A program made the position numbers and the translations under genes. 64,000 nucleotides of DNA, taken from positions 69,058 to 133,057 of the forward strand of contig CAVXGA010000014.1 in the NCBI GenBank assembly GCA_963761195.1, given 5' to 3'. Below the pieces are notes generated by a model. It was not told the DNA's origin. It saw only the letters and a program-made list of their open reading frames with translations, and searched no databases. Shown here in pieces: positions 29,694-39,109 of the stretch (position 1 is the first letter of the stretch; the number at the start of each line of letters is the position of its first letter). The DNA is from an uncultured Bacteroidales bacterium (GTDB lineage Bacteria; Bacteroidota; Bacteroidia; Bacteroidales; JAADJA01).

Positions 29694-29963
29694 ATGGAAG
29701 AAGAACAAATTGAGAAAAAAAAGAGAAACTGTCCTCTTTTTTTAGGTAAAATTCCAATGCTTACAATAGCCGGAATAATTATCGGAGCTGCAGGTGGTTT
29801 TATGTATTATAAATTTATCGGCTGCACAACCGGAACCTGTGCCATTACATCAAATCCTTATATGAGTACCGCATGGGGCGGTGCTTTTGGGTATCTGATA
29901 TTTGATTTATTCAGAGGGAAAAAGAAAAATCCTGATAAATATCCGGGGAACGAAAACATTTGA
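29694..29963 (+). CDS. small two-TM membrane protein with a GCTTGTC (CxxGxC) motif (DUF6132-like)
   Basis: 89 aa. LTIAGIIIGAAGGFMYYKFIGCTTGTCAITSNPYMSTAWGGAFGYLIF. It starts 5 nt after the trx stop. Confidence 0.5.
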   Translation: MEEEQIEKKKRNCPLFLGKIPMLTIAGIIIGAAGGFMYYKFIGCTTGTCAITSNPYMSTAWGGAFGYLIFDLFRGKKKNPDKYPGNENI

Positions 29964-29981
29964 AATTCGATGAAATAGTAT

Positions 29982-30335
29982 TCAGTGGTCCGCTAATTCT
30001 TTCTGTTTTTCTTTAGTTAAGCTTTTAATTACAAGATAATAGGAATCGTCCACCCATTTATAAACAAGCTCATCACTCACAGACCCATCAACGAAGACTG
30101 TGTTCCAGTGTTTCTTATTCATGTGATAACCTGGCTGCACACAGGGATAACGCTCTCGCAATTCCACTGCTTTTTCAGGATCGCATTTTAAGTTCAGACT
30201 GAAATCACCCTCTATATCAGTCAGTACAAATATTTTGTCCATTACTTTAAAGACAAGGGTGGTTTCATCGAAAGGAAATCCTTCTGTTACACCCTTTTTC
30301 AACAGGCAATAAATTCTTAAATCCTCAATATTCAT
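29982..30335 (-). CDS. MmcQ/YjbR-family protein
   Basis: 117 aa. LLKKGVTEGFPFDETTLVFKVMDKIF matches the YjbR-like pattern. Confidence 0.7.
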   Translation of the reverse strand: MNIEDLRIYCLLKKGVTEGFPFDETTLVFKVMDKIFVLTDIEGDFSLNLKCDPEKAVELRERYPCVQPGYHMNKKHWNTVFVDGSVSDELVYKWVDDSYYLVIKSLTKEKQKELADH

Positions 30336-30405
30336 CTTGTTGTTTTTTCAAAATTACGGATAATAGTTTATTCGCAATTACAATTGTTGTATCGACAATA
30401 TTTAT

Positions 30406-30413
30406 TACCTTTG
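30406..30413 (+). promoter_or_regulatory. candidate -7 box (TACCTTTG); a second candidate TAAATTTG lies at 30523-30530
   Basis: Both lie in the 325-bp gap upstream of the carboxyltransferase gene. Confidence 0.3.
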
Positions 30414-30660
30414 CCCGCCATTTTTTTTGCAAAAATTTTTATTCATTTTGCTCAGAGTGTTCGTTATTTGATGTTTAGGTTTTGAAGGGAGGATATAGCA
30501 AATACGGTATTATTAAAAAGGTTAAATTTGCAATTACATGGTGAAAATTTATCTGATAATTATCATTTAGAGAAAAGAACTGATTGTTTTCTGAACGGCA
30601 AAGTGGTTTTATCAATTTTGTTATAAAAGGATTAAAAAGTTTTTATCAAAATAGTTATTT

Positions 30661-32208
30661 ATGAGCCTGAAGCAAAAAACAGCCGACCTTAAGAAAAGGA
30701 TGCGAGAGGCCGTTAAGGGAGGTGGATCGAAAGCAATTGAAAAACAAAAGGCAATTGGTAAAAAAACAGCCCGCGAACGAATCCTCGCAATACTTGACCC
30801 CAAATCATTTCACGAGTATGATCTTTTTGTCGAACACGCCGGTAAGGACTTCGACATGGATAAAAAATATCTTCCCGGTGATGGGGTTGTTACGGGTACC
30901 GGAACAATAAATGGTCATCCTGTTTGTATTTATGCTCAGGACTTTACAGTAGCCGGAGGATCACTCGGTTGGGCACACGCCAAAAAGATTACAAAGATCA
31001 TGGATCACGCCATTAAGCTTAAAATCCCAATTATCGGGATCAATGATTCAGGTGGCGCCCGTATTCAGGAAGGCGTAAACGCTCTGGCCGGTTACGGAGA
31101 AATTTTCTTTCGCAATACCCAGTCTTCAGGAGTTATTCCGCAAATTTCTGTGATTTTAGGGCCTTGTGCCGGTGGCGCTGTTTATTCACCTGCACTCACC
31201 GATTTCGTTTTTGTTGTGGAAGGCGTATCAAAAATGTTCATTACCGGACCTGAAGTGATAAAAACGGTTCTTGGTGAAGAAATTTCAATGGAGGAACTGG
31301 GTGGTGCAAGGGTTCATGCAGAAATAACCGGAAATGCACATTTTTATGCTGAAAGTGAAGAGCAATGTTTTGATCAGATAAAACAACTTATGTCGTTCAT
31401 TCCCTGGAATAATGAAAAGAAAGCTGAAACATTTCCCAAAAAACCGCCCAAAGCACGAACCTATAACATTGATGATATCATGCCTGCCGATCCCCGGCAG
31501 CCTTATGATGTAAGGGATGTAATAAAATCGATTACCGACGATAGTGAATTTTTTGAAATCCAGGAATTATTTGCCGCTAATATTGTGATTGGATTTGCCC
31601 GCATTTCGGGTGAAAGCATTGGATTTGTTGCCAATCAGCCACTTGTTCTTGCAGGGGTTCTGGATGTTGATTCTTCGGATAAAGCCGCCCGGTTTATTCG
31701 TTACTGCGATTCATTCAATATCCCTTTGGTTACGCTGGTTGATCTTCCCGGATACCTTCCGGGAATCGAGCAGGAACATGCCGGCGTTATCAGGCATGGC
31801 GCCAAAGTGCTCTATGCCTATTCAGAGGCAACAGTTCCTAAAATAACTGTCATTATGCGGAAAGCTTATGGCGGTGGATACATTGCAATGTGCTCGCACC
31901 ACCTACGGGCAGATTTTGTTTGTGCCTGGCCGACGGCAGAAATTGCGGTTATGGGGCCCGAAGGCGCGGCAAACATTATTTTTAGAAATGAAATAAAAAA
32001 TGCGGAGAATCCGGATGAAGTCAGAAAACAGAAAATAAAAGAATATAAGACTAAATTTGCCAATCCCTATGTGGCCGCAGCTTATGGGTATATTGATGCA
32101 GTAATTGAACCCAGAGAAACCCGGAACTTTCTTGTACATTCGTTAGACGTATCTTCATTAAAACACGAAACGTCACCTTCAAGGAAGCATGGAATTCCTC
32201 CTTTTTAA
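30661..32208 (+). CDS. acyl-CoA carboxyltransferase subunit (methylmalonyl-CoA decarboxylase alpha / propionyl-CoA carboxylase beta type)
   Basis: 515 aa. The sequence reads colinearly as a carboxyl_trans domain (INDSGGARIQEG, GPCAGGAVYSPALTDF, MRKAYGGGYIAM). Confidence 0.9.
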   Translation: MSLKQKTADLKKRMREAVKGGGSKAIEKQKAIGKKTARERILAILDPKSFHEYDLFVEHAGKDFDMDKKYLPGDGVVTGTGTINGHPVCIYAQDFTVAGGSLGWAHAKKITKIMDHAIKLKIPIIGINDSGGARIQEGVNALAGYGEIFFRNTQSSGVIPQISVILGPCAGGAVYSPALTDFVFVVEGVSKMFITGPEVIKTVLGEEISMEELGGARVHAEITGNAHFYAESEEQCFDQIKQLMSFIPWNNEKKAETFPKKPPKARTYNIDDIMPADPRQPYDVRDVIKSITDDSEFFEIQELFAANIVIGFARISGESIGFVANQPLVLAGVLDVDSSDKAARFIRYCDSFNIPLVTLVDLPGYLPGIEQEHAGVIRHGAKVLYAYSEATVPKITVIMRKAYGGGYIAMCSHHLRADFVCAWPTAEIAVMGPEGAANIIFRNEIKNAENPDEVRKQKIKEYKTKFANPYVAAAYGYIDAVIEPRETRNFLVHSLDVSSLKHETSPSRKHGIPPF

Positions 32209-32267
32209 AAGGAAGTGACATCACAACATTCACAAAAGAATAATATAACAATCTAAACATTCTGATT

Positions 32268-32618
32268 ATGTCCGAATTAAAAGATTTGCAGCAACAACAG
32301 GATTTAAAAAAGGGTAACTTTAAATTGCTTTTAATTGAAAATATTAAATACCGCACCCTGTTAACAAAAAAATACCAGGACAAAATACCCTATTCAAAAA
32401 AAAATAACAAAAAGATTACTGCTTTTATACCGGGAACAATAACCAAAATTCACGTTAAAAAAAATAAACGGGTGAAAGAAGGGGATAAGCTTCTTGTACT
32501 GGAAGCTATGAAAATGCAAAACGATATTCTTGCACCTATAAACGGGGTTATAAAAGAAATCTATGTTAAAGAAGGTGCCAGGGTTACCAAACAGGATATA
32601 CTGATGGAATTCAAATAA
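32268..32618 (+). CDS. biotin carboxyl-carrier (biotinyl domain) protein
   Basis: 116 aa with the EAMKMQN biotinylation motif near the C-terminus. Confidence 0.8.
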   Translation: MSELKDLQQQQDLKKGNFKLLLIENIKYRTLLTKKYQDKIPYSKKNNKKITAFIPGTITKIHVKKNKRVKEGDKLLVLEAMKMQNDILAPINGVIKEIYVKEGARVTKQDILMEFK

Positions 32619-32726
32619 ATGGATTTAATTGATCCGGTTATATGATAACGAAGAGTGAAATTCCCGTTCATTTCAGAAAAAGTACGTATTCTTTATTTTT
32701 CCAAGAATTTAAACAACTGATTTAAA

Positions 32727-33242
32727 ATGACTAACTTAAAAAAGTTTCTGATTATTTCGGTCGTTTTTTTAATATCGTTTAATGCTCAAACTCAAAACGA
32801 TTCAACCCAATCTGCGAGCCTTGCAAATCAGGAAATATTAACCGGTATAATTGATCGTAAAGAATTACTCGAAGGCGAATTTGGAAAATCTTATCGAAAC
32901 GAATACCAAAATTATACTCCGGATCAGAAAATATTAGACAAAATAAAATCCTATATTTTTTCATATTCTGTCACCATTGTTATGGGAACATGGTGCGAAG
33001 ACAGCCAGAAACAGGTTCCAAGATTCTTTAAAATCCTTGATAAATTAAACTACGACAGCCGGTTTGTGAAACTGATTTGTGTTGACAGAAGTAAAAAAGC
33101 AGAGGGTATTGATAGTGAGGATTTAAATATTATTCGCATCCCCACCTTTATCTTTTATACAAAAAATAGTGAAAAAGGAAGAATTATTGAATCACCTGAA
33201 AATACCCTTGAACAGGATATTTTAAAAATCCTGACTGATTAA
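32727..33242 (+). CDS. secreted thioredoxin-fold protein with a CxxS motif
   Basis: Signal peptide, then VTIVMGTWCEDSQKQVPRF (WCxxS) and IPTFIFY (cis-Pro region). Confidence 0.55.
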   Translation: MTNLKKFLIISVVFLISFNAQTQNDSTQSASLANQEILTGIIDRKELLEGEFGKSYRNEYQNYTPDQKILDKIKSYIFSYSVTIVMGTWCEDSQKQVPRFFKILDKLNYDSRFVKLICVDRSKKAEGIDSEDLNIIRIPTFIFYTKNSEKGRIIESPENTLEQDILKILTD

Positions 33243-33277
33243 ATTTTCTTAACTATTAATAATCAGCTTTTGTAAAC

Positions 33278-34123
33278 ATGTTAACGATAACTAAAATTGC
33301 TGATGTCAGGCAAAACCTTGCTGCGATTCGGGCAAAAGGAATGACGATTGGTTTTGTTCCTACAATGGGAGCCCTTCATGAAGGTCATTTATCACTGATA
33401 CGGGAAGCAAAAAAAGAAACAGATTTTGTAGTATGCAGTATTTTCGTTAATCCGCTTCAATTCAATAATAATAATGATTTGTCAAGATACCCCAGGGTGA
33501 TTGAATCGGATTTGGACAAACTGAATACGGTGGAATGTGATCTCCTCTTTCACCCTTCAGTTGAAGAAATGTATCCGGAACCTGTAAGTGAGGTTTTTGA
33601 TTTTGGTGATTTGGACAAAGTAATGGAGGGCAAACACAGGCCCGGACATTTTAATGGTGTTGGTGTTGTTGTAAAAAAACTCTTTGAAATTATTGAACCC
33701 GCAAAGGCTTATTTTGGTTTAAAAGATTATCAGCAGATAATCATTGTTCATAAACTTACGAAAGATTATAATATTCCGGTTGAAATTGTTCCATGCCCCA
33801 TTGTCAGGGAATTATCAGGACTTGCGATGAGTTCAAGGAATGAATTGCTTTCAAAATCGGAAAGAAAGCAGGCCTCAGTTATTTATGAAACCTTGAAAAT
33901 GGTTAAAATTCAATTTGGGTTTTCAACCATTTCAGAGATTAAAGAATATGTTGAAAGATCGATAGGGAAATACCGTAATATGAAACTGGAGTATTTTGAA
34001 ATTGTTGACATGTACAGCCTTAAATCAATAAAAGTTTGGGGTGAAAGCAAGAATGTGATAGCGTGTATTGCTGTTTATGTAGGGAATGTCAGATTAATCG
34101 ACAATATCATTTTATTTAATTAA
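33278..34123 (+). CDS. panC: pantoate--beta-alanine ligase
   Basis: 281 aa. PTMGALHEGH (HIGH-type) and the overall PanC pattern. Confidence 0.9.
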   Translation: MLTITKIADVRQNLAAIRAKGMTIGFVPTMGALHEGHLSLIREAKKETDFVVCSIFVNPLQFNNNNDLSRYPRVIESDLDKLNTVECDLLFHPSVEEMYPEPVSEVFDFGDLDKVMEGKHRPGHFNGVGVVVKKLFEIIEPAKAYFGLKDYQQIIIVHKLTKDYNIPVEIVPCPIVRELSGLAMSSRNELLSKSERKQASVIYETLKMVKIQFGFSTISEIKEYVERSIGKYRNMKLEYFEIVDMYSLKSIKVWGESKNVIACIAVYVGNVRLIDNIILFN

Positions 34124-34128
34124 TTTTG
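34121..34128 (+). promoter_or_regulatory. candidate -7 box (TAATTTTG) overlapping the panC stop, upstream of panD
   Basis: 7 nt before the panD ATG. It may be fortuitous, since panCD look co-transcribed. Confidence 0.2.
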
Positions 34129-34135
34129 CACCGCT

Positions 34136-34483
34136 ATGCAAATTGACGTGTTAAAATCGAAAATTCACAGGGCAACGATCACTGAATCGGACATAAATTA
34201 TATTGGCAGTATTGCAATTGATGAAGATTTGATGGAAGCTGCTAACCTGATTGAGAATGAACGGGTGCACATTTACAATATAACCAATGGTGAACGATTG
34301 GAAACTTATGTAATTAAGGGTGGTAGAGGTACTGGCAAAATTTCCCTTAATGGAGCTGCCGCAAGAAAAGCAGCATTGGGGGATAAAGTAATAATTGTTT
34401 CCTATGCCTCAATGGATTTTGAAGAAGCCAAACATTTTAAACCTGTCATTATTTTCCCTGATGATAAAAACAAACTGAAATAA
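34136..34483 (+). CDS. panD: aspartate 1-decarboxylase
   Basis: 115 aa. [10 protein letters not shown] and the YIGSIAIDE self-processing Gly-Ser site. Confidence 0.9.
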   Translation: MQIDVLKSKIHRATITESDINYIGSIAIDEDLMEAANLIENERVHIYNITNGERLETYVIKGGRGTGKISLNGAAARKAALGDKVIIVSYASMDFEEAKHFKPVIIFPDDKNKLK

Positions 34484-34487
34484 TTCC

Positions 34488-35504
34488 TTGAAAAAAATTA
34501 TCGTTAATGCTTCCAAAATAATTTTCTTCCTTGGTCTGGGTATTTTTTTTATCTGGCTTTTCATGCATAATCTCTCTCAGGAAGAAAAAAAAGAAATTTA
34601 CGAATCTTTTATTCATGCCAATTATTTTTGGATTTTAGTTTCTATTGTATTGGCATTGATTAGTCATGTAAGCCGGTCGATGCGGTGGATTATTTTACTG
34701 GAACCCCTTGGATATAAACCGCGGTTAAAAAATACTTTTTTTGCCGTAATGATCGGGTATTTTGCCAACCTTGCCTTACCGCGACTTGGGGAAATAACGA
34801 GGTGTGGTATTCTTGCCAGGTACGAAAAAATCCCGATGCAGAAATCATTTGGAACCGTTGTTACTGAGCGAGCCATTGATTTGGTTTCGATGTCACTTGC
34901 TTTTGTAATCGCTTTTTTTGTACACTTTAAAAGGTTAAAACAATTCAGGGAAACTGCCTTGGTTAAAAACGCAGTCGATAAATACAATCAGTTCGAAAAT
35001 CCCAATTATATTTATTATGCGGTTATTATTGCTGTTGTTCTTATTGTATTTATTTTTTACAAATTCAGACATAGAATTTCACACCTGAAGCTTTACCAGA
35101 AAGTTAAAGAGATTGTTTTTGGTTTCATTGAAGGATTTAAATCACTTTTAACTATCAAGAAACCATTTTGGTTTGTTTTTCATTCAGTATTTATTTGGGT
35201 GCTTTATCTTTTCATGTCATGGGTTGTATTTAAAAGTATGCCCGAAACACGCGATTTAAATCTTGGCGTTGGTTTGGCCGTACTGGTTTTTGGTTCAATA
35301 GCAATTATCGTAGTGCAGGGTGGAATCGGTATTTATCCCTGGATTGTGGCCGAAATATTAGCTGTTTTTTCTGTTCCGGTAACGGCTGGTTATGCCATGG
35401 GCTGGTTGATTTGGTCAGGACAAACAGTGATGATAATCGTTGCGGGAATAATTTCTCTAATTTTGGTACCCATAATAAATAGAAAAAAAAATGAGCAATC
35501 TTGA
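34488..35504 (+). CDS. flippase-like / lysylphosphatidylglycerol-synthase TM-region family membrane protein (UPF0104)
   Basis: 338 aa and multi-pass. [16 protein letters not shown]...[15 protein letters not shown]. The start is TTG. Confidence 0.6.
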   Translation: MKKIIVNASKIIFFLGLGIFFIWLFMHNLSQEEKKEIYESFIHANYFWILVSIVLALISHVSRSMRWIILLEPLGYKPRLKNTFFAVMIGYFANLALPRLGEITRCGILARYEKIPMQKSFGTVVTERAIDLVSMSLAFVIAFFVHFKRLKQFRETALVKNAVDKYNQFENPNYIYYAVIIAVVLIVFIFYKFRHRISHLKLYQKVKEIVFGFIEGFKSLLTIKKPFWFVFHSVFIWVLYLFMSWVVFKSMPETRDLNLGVGLAVLVFGSIAIIVVQGGIGIYPWIVAEILAVFSVPVTAGYAMGWLIWSGQTVMIIVAGIISLILVPIINRKKNEQS

Positions 35505-35985
35505 GATCATAAAAACGAAGATACTTGATCCTGATGCTTTACTCAGAAATCTGGCAATCTGGCGTTTTAAGGGCAAAAAGATTGTTTTCACAAACGGTTG
35601 TTTTGATATTTTACATGCGGGTCACATTGCCTATTTATCGAAAGCAAAAGACCTTGGATCTATTTTAATTCTTGGATTAAATACGGATGCATCGGTTAAA
35701 CGATTAAAAGGAGAAAACAGGCCTGTTAATGATCAAGATTCCAGGGCAATCGTATTGGCTGCTCTTCGTTTTATCGATGCTATAATCCTGTTTGATGAAG
35801 ATACCCCCTATCAGTTAATAAAATTAATTCAACCGGATATTTTAGTGAAAGGTAGTGATTATAAAGCTGATGAAATAGTTGGAGCAGATATCGTGAAGGA
35901 CAAAGGAGGAAAAATAGTCACGGTTGATTTTCTTGAAGGATTTTCAACAACATCACTATTAGAGAAGATCAAAAATAACTGCTGA
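35491..35985 (+). CDS. D-glycero-beta-D-manno-heptose 1-phosphate adenylyltransferase (RfaE domain II-like cytidylyltransferase)
   Basis: 164 aa. [13 protein letters not shown], plus [12 protein letters not shown]. Confidence 0.8.
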   Translation: MSNLEIIKTKILDPDALLRNLAIWRFKGKKIVFTNGCFDILHAGHIAYLSKAKDLGSILILGLNTDASVKRLKGENRPVNDQDSRAIVLAALRFIDAIILFDEDTPYQLIKLIQPDILVKGSDYKADEIVGADIVKDKGGKIVTVDFLEGFSTTSLLEKIKNNC

Positions 35986-36003
35986 TTTCTCAAATAACGT
36001 AAA

Positions 36004-37371
36004 ATGGCAAAATCCAAAACTGTATTTTTTTGTCAGAACTGCGGAGCTCAATCTGCAAAATGGATTGGACGATGCCCATCGTGCGGGGAATGGAACACCT
36101 ATGTTGAAGAGGTTATCGTAAAAGAATCAGCGAAAAATAAAGTATCCTATACGTTTGGAAAATCTGCCAGTACACCACTTAAAATTTCTGAAATACAATC
36201 AGGTCATGAGAACCGCATCAATATTGAAAACAAGGAATTAAACAGGGTGCTTGGCGGGGGTTTGGTTACAGGTTCTGTCGTACTGGTTGGAGGGGAACCC
36301 GGAATTGGTAAATCCACCCTGATGTTGCAGGTTGCTCTTGGTTTAAAGAATCTGAAAGTTTTATACATTACAGGGGAGGAAAGTGAACAACAAATTAAAA
36401 TGCGGGCTGAAAGACTGGGCTTTAAAAATCAGGAATGCTATATTTTAGCTGAAACCCTGACACAAAATATATTTCAACATATAGAAAAGCTTCAGCCTCA
36501 GCTTGTGATCATTGATTCCATCCAAACACTTCAATCCGATCTTATCGAATCCTCCGCTGGCAGTATTTCGCAAATACGCGAGTGTGCAGGGGAATTTCAA
36601 AAATATGCCAAACTGACTGATGTACCGGTTATTCTGATCGGCCACATTACTAAAGACGGAACACTTGCGGGACCAAAAATTTTAGAGCATATGGTCGACA
36701 CGGTTCTTCAGTTTGAGGGGGAGCAAAATTATGGTTACCGGATTTTACGGGCAGTAAAAAACAGGTTTGGTTCAACATCGGAGCTCGGAATTTATGAAAT
36801 GCAGAATTCGGGATTGCGTGAAATATCAAATCCGTCCGAAATATTACTTTCTCATCGTGACGAAAATCTAAGTGGTATAGCTATCTCAGCAATGATTGAA
36901 GGTTTGCGACCAATAATGATTGAGACGCAGGCCCTTGTAAGCTCGGCAGCTTATGGAACACCACAGCGTTCCTCCACCGGATTTGATGCACGAAGATTAA
37001 ATATGCTGCTGGCAGTCCTGGAAAAACGCAGCGGATTCCGGTTGGGAATTAAAGATGTATTTCTCAATATTGCCGGAGGTTTACGCGTAGATGACCCGGC
37101 CATTGATCTTTCAGTAGTTAGTGCTATTCTTTCTTCCAACGAAGATATTCCGGTCGGTCAGAATAATTGTTTCGCCGGCGAAATTGGACTTTCAGGAGAA
37201 ATCAGATCTGTAAACCGCATAGAGCAAAGGATTGCCGAAGCATCAAAGCTCGGTTTTGAAAGGATATTTATTTCCAAGTACAATCAGAAAGGTCTTGATT
37301 TAGGGAAATCTGAAATTCAGATTATTCCTGTTGGAAAAATCGAAGACCTGGTGAGTAGATTATTTGGGTAA
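36004..37371 (+). CDS. radA: DNA repair protein RadA
   Basis: 455 aa. Zinc finger CQNCGAQSAKWIGRCPSCGEWNT, Walker A GEPGIGKST, the KNRFG motif and a Lon-like C-terminus. Confidence 0.92.
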   Translation: MAKSKTVFFCQNCGAQSAKWIGRCPSCGEWNTYVEEVIVKESAKNKVSYTFGKSASTPLKISEIQSGHENRINIENKELNRVLGGGLVTGSVVLVGGEPGIGKSTLMLQVALGLKNLKVLYITGEESEQQIKMRAERLGFKNQECYILAETLTQNIFQHIEKLQPQLVIIDSIQTLQSDLIESSAGSISQIRECAGEFQKYAKLTDVPVILIGHITKDGTLAGPKILEHMVDTVLQFEGEQNYGYRILRAVKNRFGSTSELGIYEMQNSGLREISNPSEILLSHRDENLSGIAISAMIEGLRPIMIETQALVSSAAYGTPQRSSTGFDARRLNMLLAVLEKRSGFRLGIKDVFLNIAGGLRVDDPAIDLSVVSAILSSNEDIPVGQNNCFAGEIGLSGEIRSVNRIEQRIAEASKLGFERIFISKYNQKGLDLGKSEIQIIPVGKIEDLVSRLFG

Positions 37372-37392
37372 TATGGCATTGTCCGAAACGAA

Positions 37393-37430
37393 AGAGCCCT
37401 GTTGCAATCACAACAGGGCTCTTTTATTTT
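37393..37430. terminator. bidirectional rho-independent terminator between convergent radA and the 76-aa gene
   Basis: Perfect 12-bp stem agagccctgttg / caacagggctct with a 6-nt loop, followed by ttttatttt. The 5' side is A-rich. Confidence 0.7.
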
Positions 37431-37439
37431 CCTTTATCA

Positions 37440-37670
37440 TTAATTCTTAAAATTCGCCTGAGTTATTTTTTTAGTGCCATAGGCTGCACCCAATGCAATT
37501 AAAATAAATATACCACCTCCAACCGGTGAACCTCCTCCAACAGGAACATCTCCGGTTCCCGGACCTCCAGTTCCCGGATCAGGCGGAAGATCAGCAAAAC
37601 TATTGCTTATAAAAATGGGTAAACAGATAAAAAATATGGTGTAAAAAATATGTCGGATAACCTTTTTCAT
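37440..37670 (-). CDS. small secreted Gly/Pro-rich protein with a C-terminal hydrophobic helix plus basic tail
   Basis: 76 aa: signal peptide, DLPPDPGTGGPGTGDVPVGGGSPVGGG, then IFILIALGAAYGTKK. Confidence 0.4.
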   Translation of the reverse strand: MKKVIRHIFYTIFFICLPIFISNSFADLPPDPGTGGPGTGDVPVGGGSPVGGGIFILIALGAAYGTKKITQANFKN

Positions 37671-37867
37671 TAGTTTCTATTTTGTCATTAATAATTCAAT
37701 ACTGAATATACAAACAACCTTACTATTAATTTGTTTTTACCAATACAGATTCTTGTTTGCAAAATTAATAAGTATTTGCGAAATAGCAAGCTATTAATAA
37801 TTTTTTTACTGGCAAAAATTCTACTGTCCACAATAAACCAACTGTTTACTTACGAACTTAAAATAAA

Positions 37868-38824
37868 TTATCTGTTTTTAAATTTATAGGATAAGCCTAC
37901 TGCAAGAGTTTCCCTGAATTGAGTTCTTGGTCCCACGTTTCCGTTTTTGTCTATAATCGGAGTATTGTCATCATAAACCAATTGCCAGCCAAAACTTGCC
38001 GTAATCAACTTATTCACCTTCATATTTATCATATTATCCCAGTTAACATCAACGTTTTGCGGATTATCCAAATAATCTGAAAAAAGCTCCAGCTTGGTAC
38101 TGAAATTTACATTTTTAATGATATCCTTTTTAAAGATAAAACGAAAATATGAGCCGAATTCAAATTTGGAGGATTTGCCATGGGTAACAATATTTCCAAT
38201 TGTATCATAAGTAGCTTTATCTACTCCAAAAGCTCCGGCGTCAGCCAGTTCCTGATCATTTACAACAATCATCCTTGCCGTAACAGGAGAGAAATAAAAA
38301 GACATATAATCATATGGCCTGTACTCCATACCAAGACCCAGCGAAATATAACCAGGAGCCATAAAATTTGAAATTTTTACTTTTCCGGAATCGGTGGGAA
38401 AGGGATAATCATAGCCAGGTGCAAATTGTGATTTAAAATTAAAGTTCACCGTATAATACCATTTCGAGGCTGCCTTAATCCCGTATGTTGAAGCCAAGTC
38501 AATTTTGTCCTCACTTTTTCTGACTCCATAATCACCGGTTTTATTCTGGCCATAAGCCAACCCCAATAGATTCTCCCATTTCGATTTTCCTTTTTCATAC
38601 TTTGCATACAGGTTTAAAAAACTGTTTAAGGTCATGGCATTTTCACCTCCGCCGGCCCAATTTGAAAAGGACGATTGGGAAAACATCGCGGAAACATCAC
38701 CACCTGTTTTCCAGGCTGTATCGGCTGCAGTTTGCGCATTTGAAAGCAGGGATATCAACAATAATCCTGCTATTAACACTGTAATCTTTTTCATTTCTAT
38801 CGATTTAATATTATTAATACTCAA
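37868..38824 (-). CDS. DUF3078-like outer-membrane beta-barrel protein
   Basis: Signal peptide. WKTGGDVSAMFSQSSFSNWAGGGENAM, alternating beta-strand pattern, C-terminal ...LSYKF. Confidence 0.6.
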   Translation of the reverse strand: MSINNIKSIEMKKITVLIAGLLLISLLSNAQTAADTAWKTGGDVSAMFSQSSFSNWAGGGENAMTLNSFLNLYAKYEKGKSKWENLLGLAYGQNKTGDYGVRKSEDKIDLASTYGIKAASKWYYTVNFNFKSQFAPGYDYPFPTDSGKVKISNFMAPGYISLGLGMEYRPYDYMSFYFSPVTARMIVVNDQELADAGAFGVDKATYDTIGNIVTHGKSSKFEFGSYFRFIFKKDIIKNVNFSTKLELFSDYLDNPQNVDVNWDNMINMKVNKLITASFGWQLVYDDNTPIIDKNGNVGPRTQFRETLAVGLSYKFKNR

Positions 38825-39097
38825 TGATCAATTTCACACAAAAACTTATCAAATTCAATGTCTGTAGTTAACGGCTTGGTATCTTCAAATTATTTTTTTC
38901 TTCAATTAAATCACTCAAATATTTGGTCATTTCACGTTTGGAAAAACGGCTGCAAATATAAAATTTTATTTTCACGGAGGCGAAGTTATCATTCATGAAA
39001 ATATTTAAAAGTATGAATATCGAAATACTGATTCATAACCCCGGGTCATATAATCTCAATTGTAAAAAGGTCATTGAAATGATAGGATGGCTTTTAG

Positions 39098-39105
39098 TAA
39101 CTTTG
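39098..39105 (+). promoter_or_regulatory. candidate -7 box (TAACTTTG)
   Basis: 4 nt upstream of the tilS ATG. This would imply a leaderless or near-leaderless mRNA. Confidence 0.3.
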
Positions 39106-39109
39106 CCGA

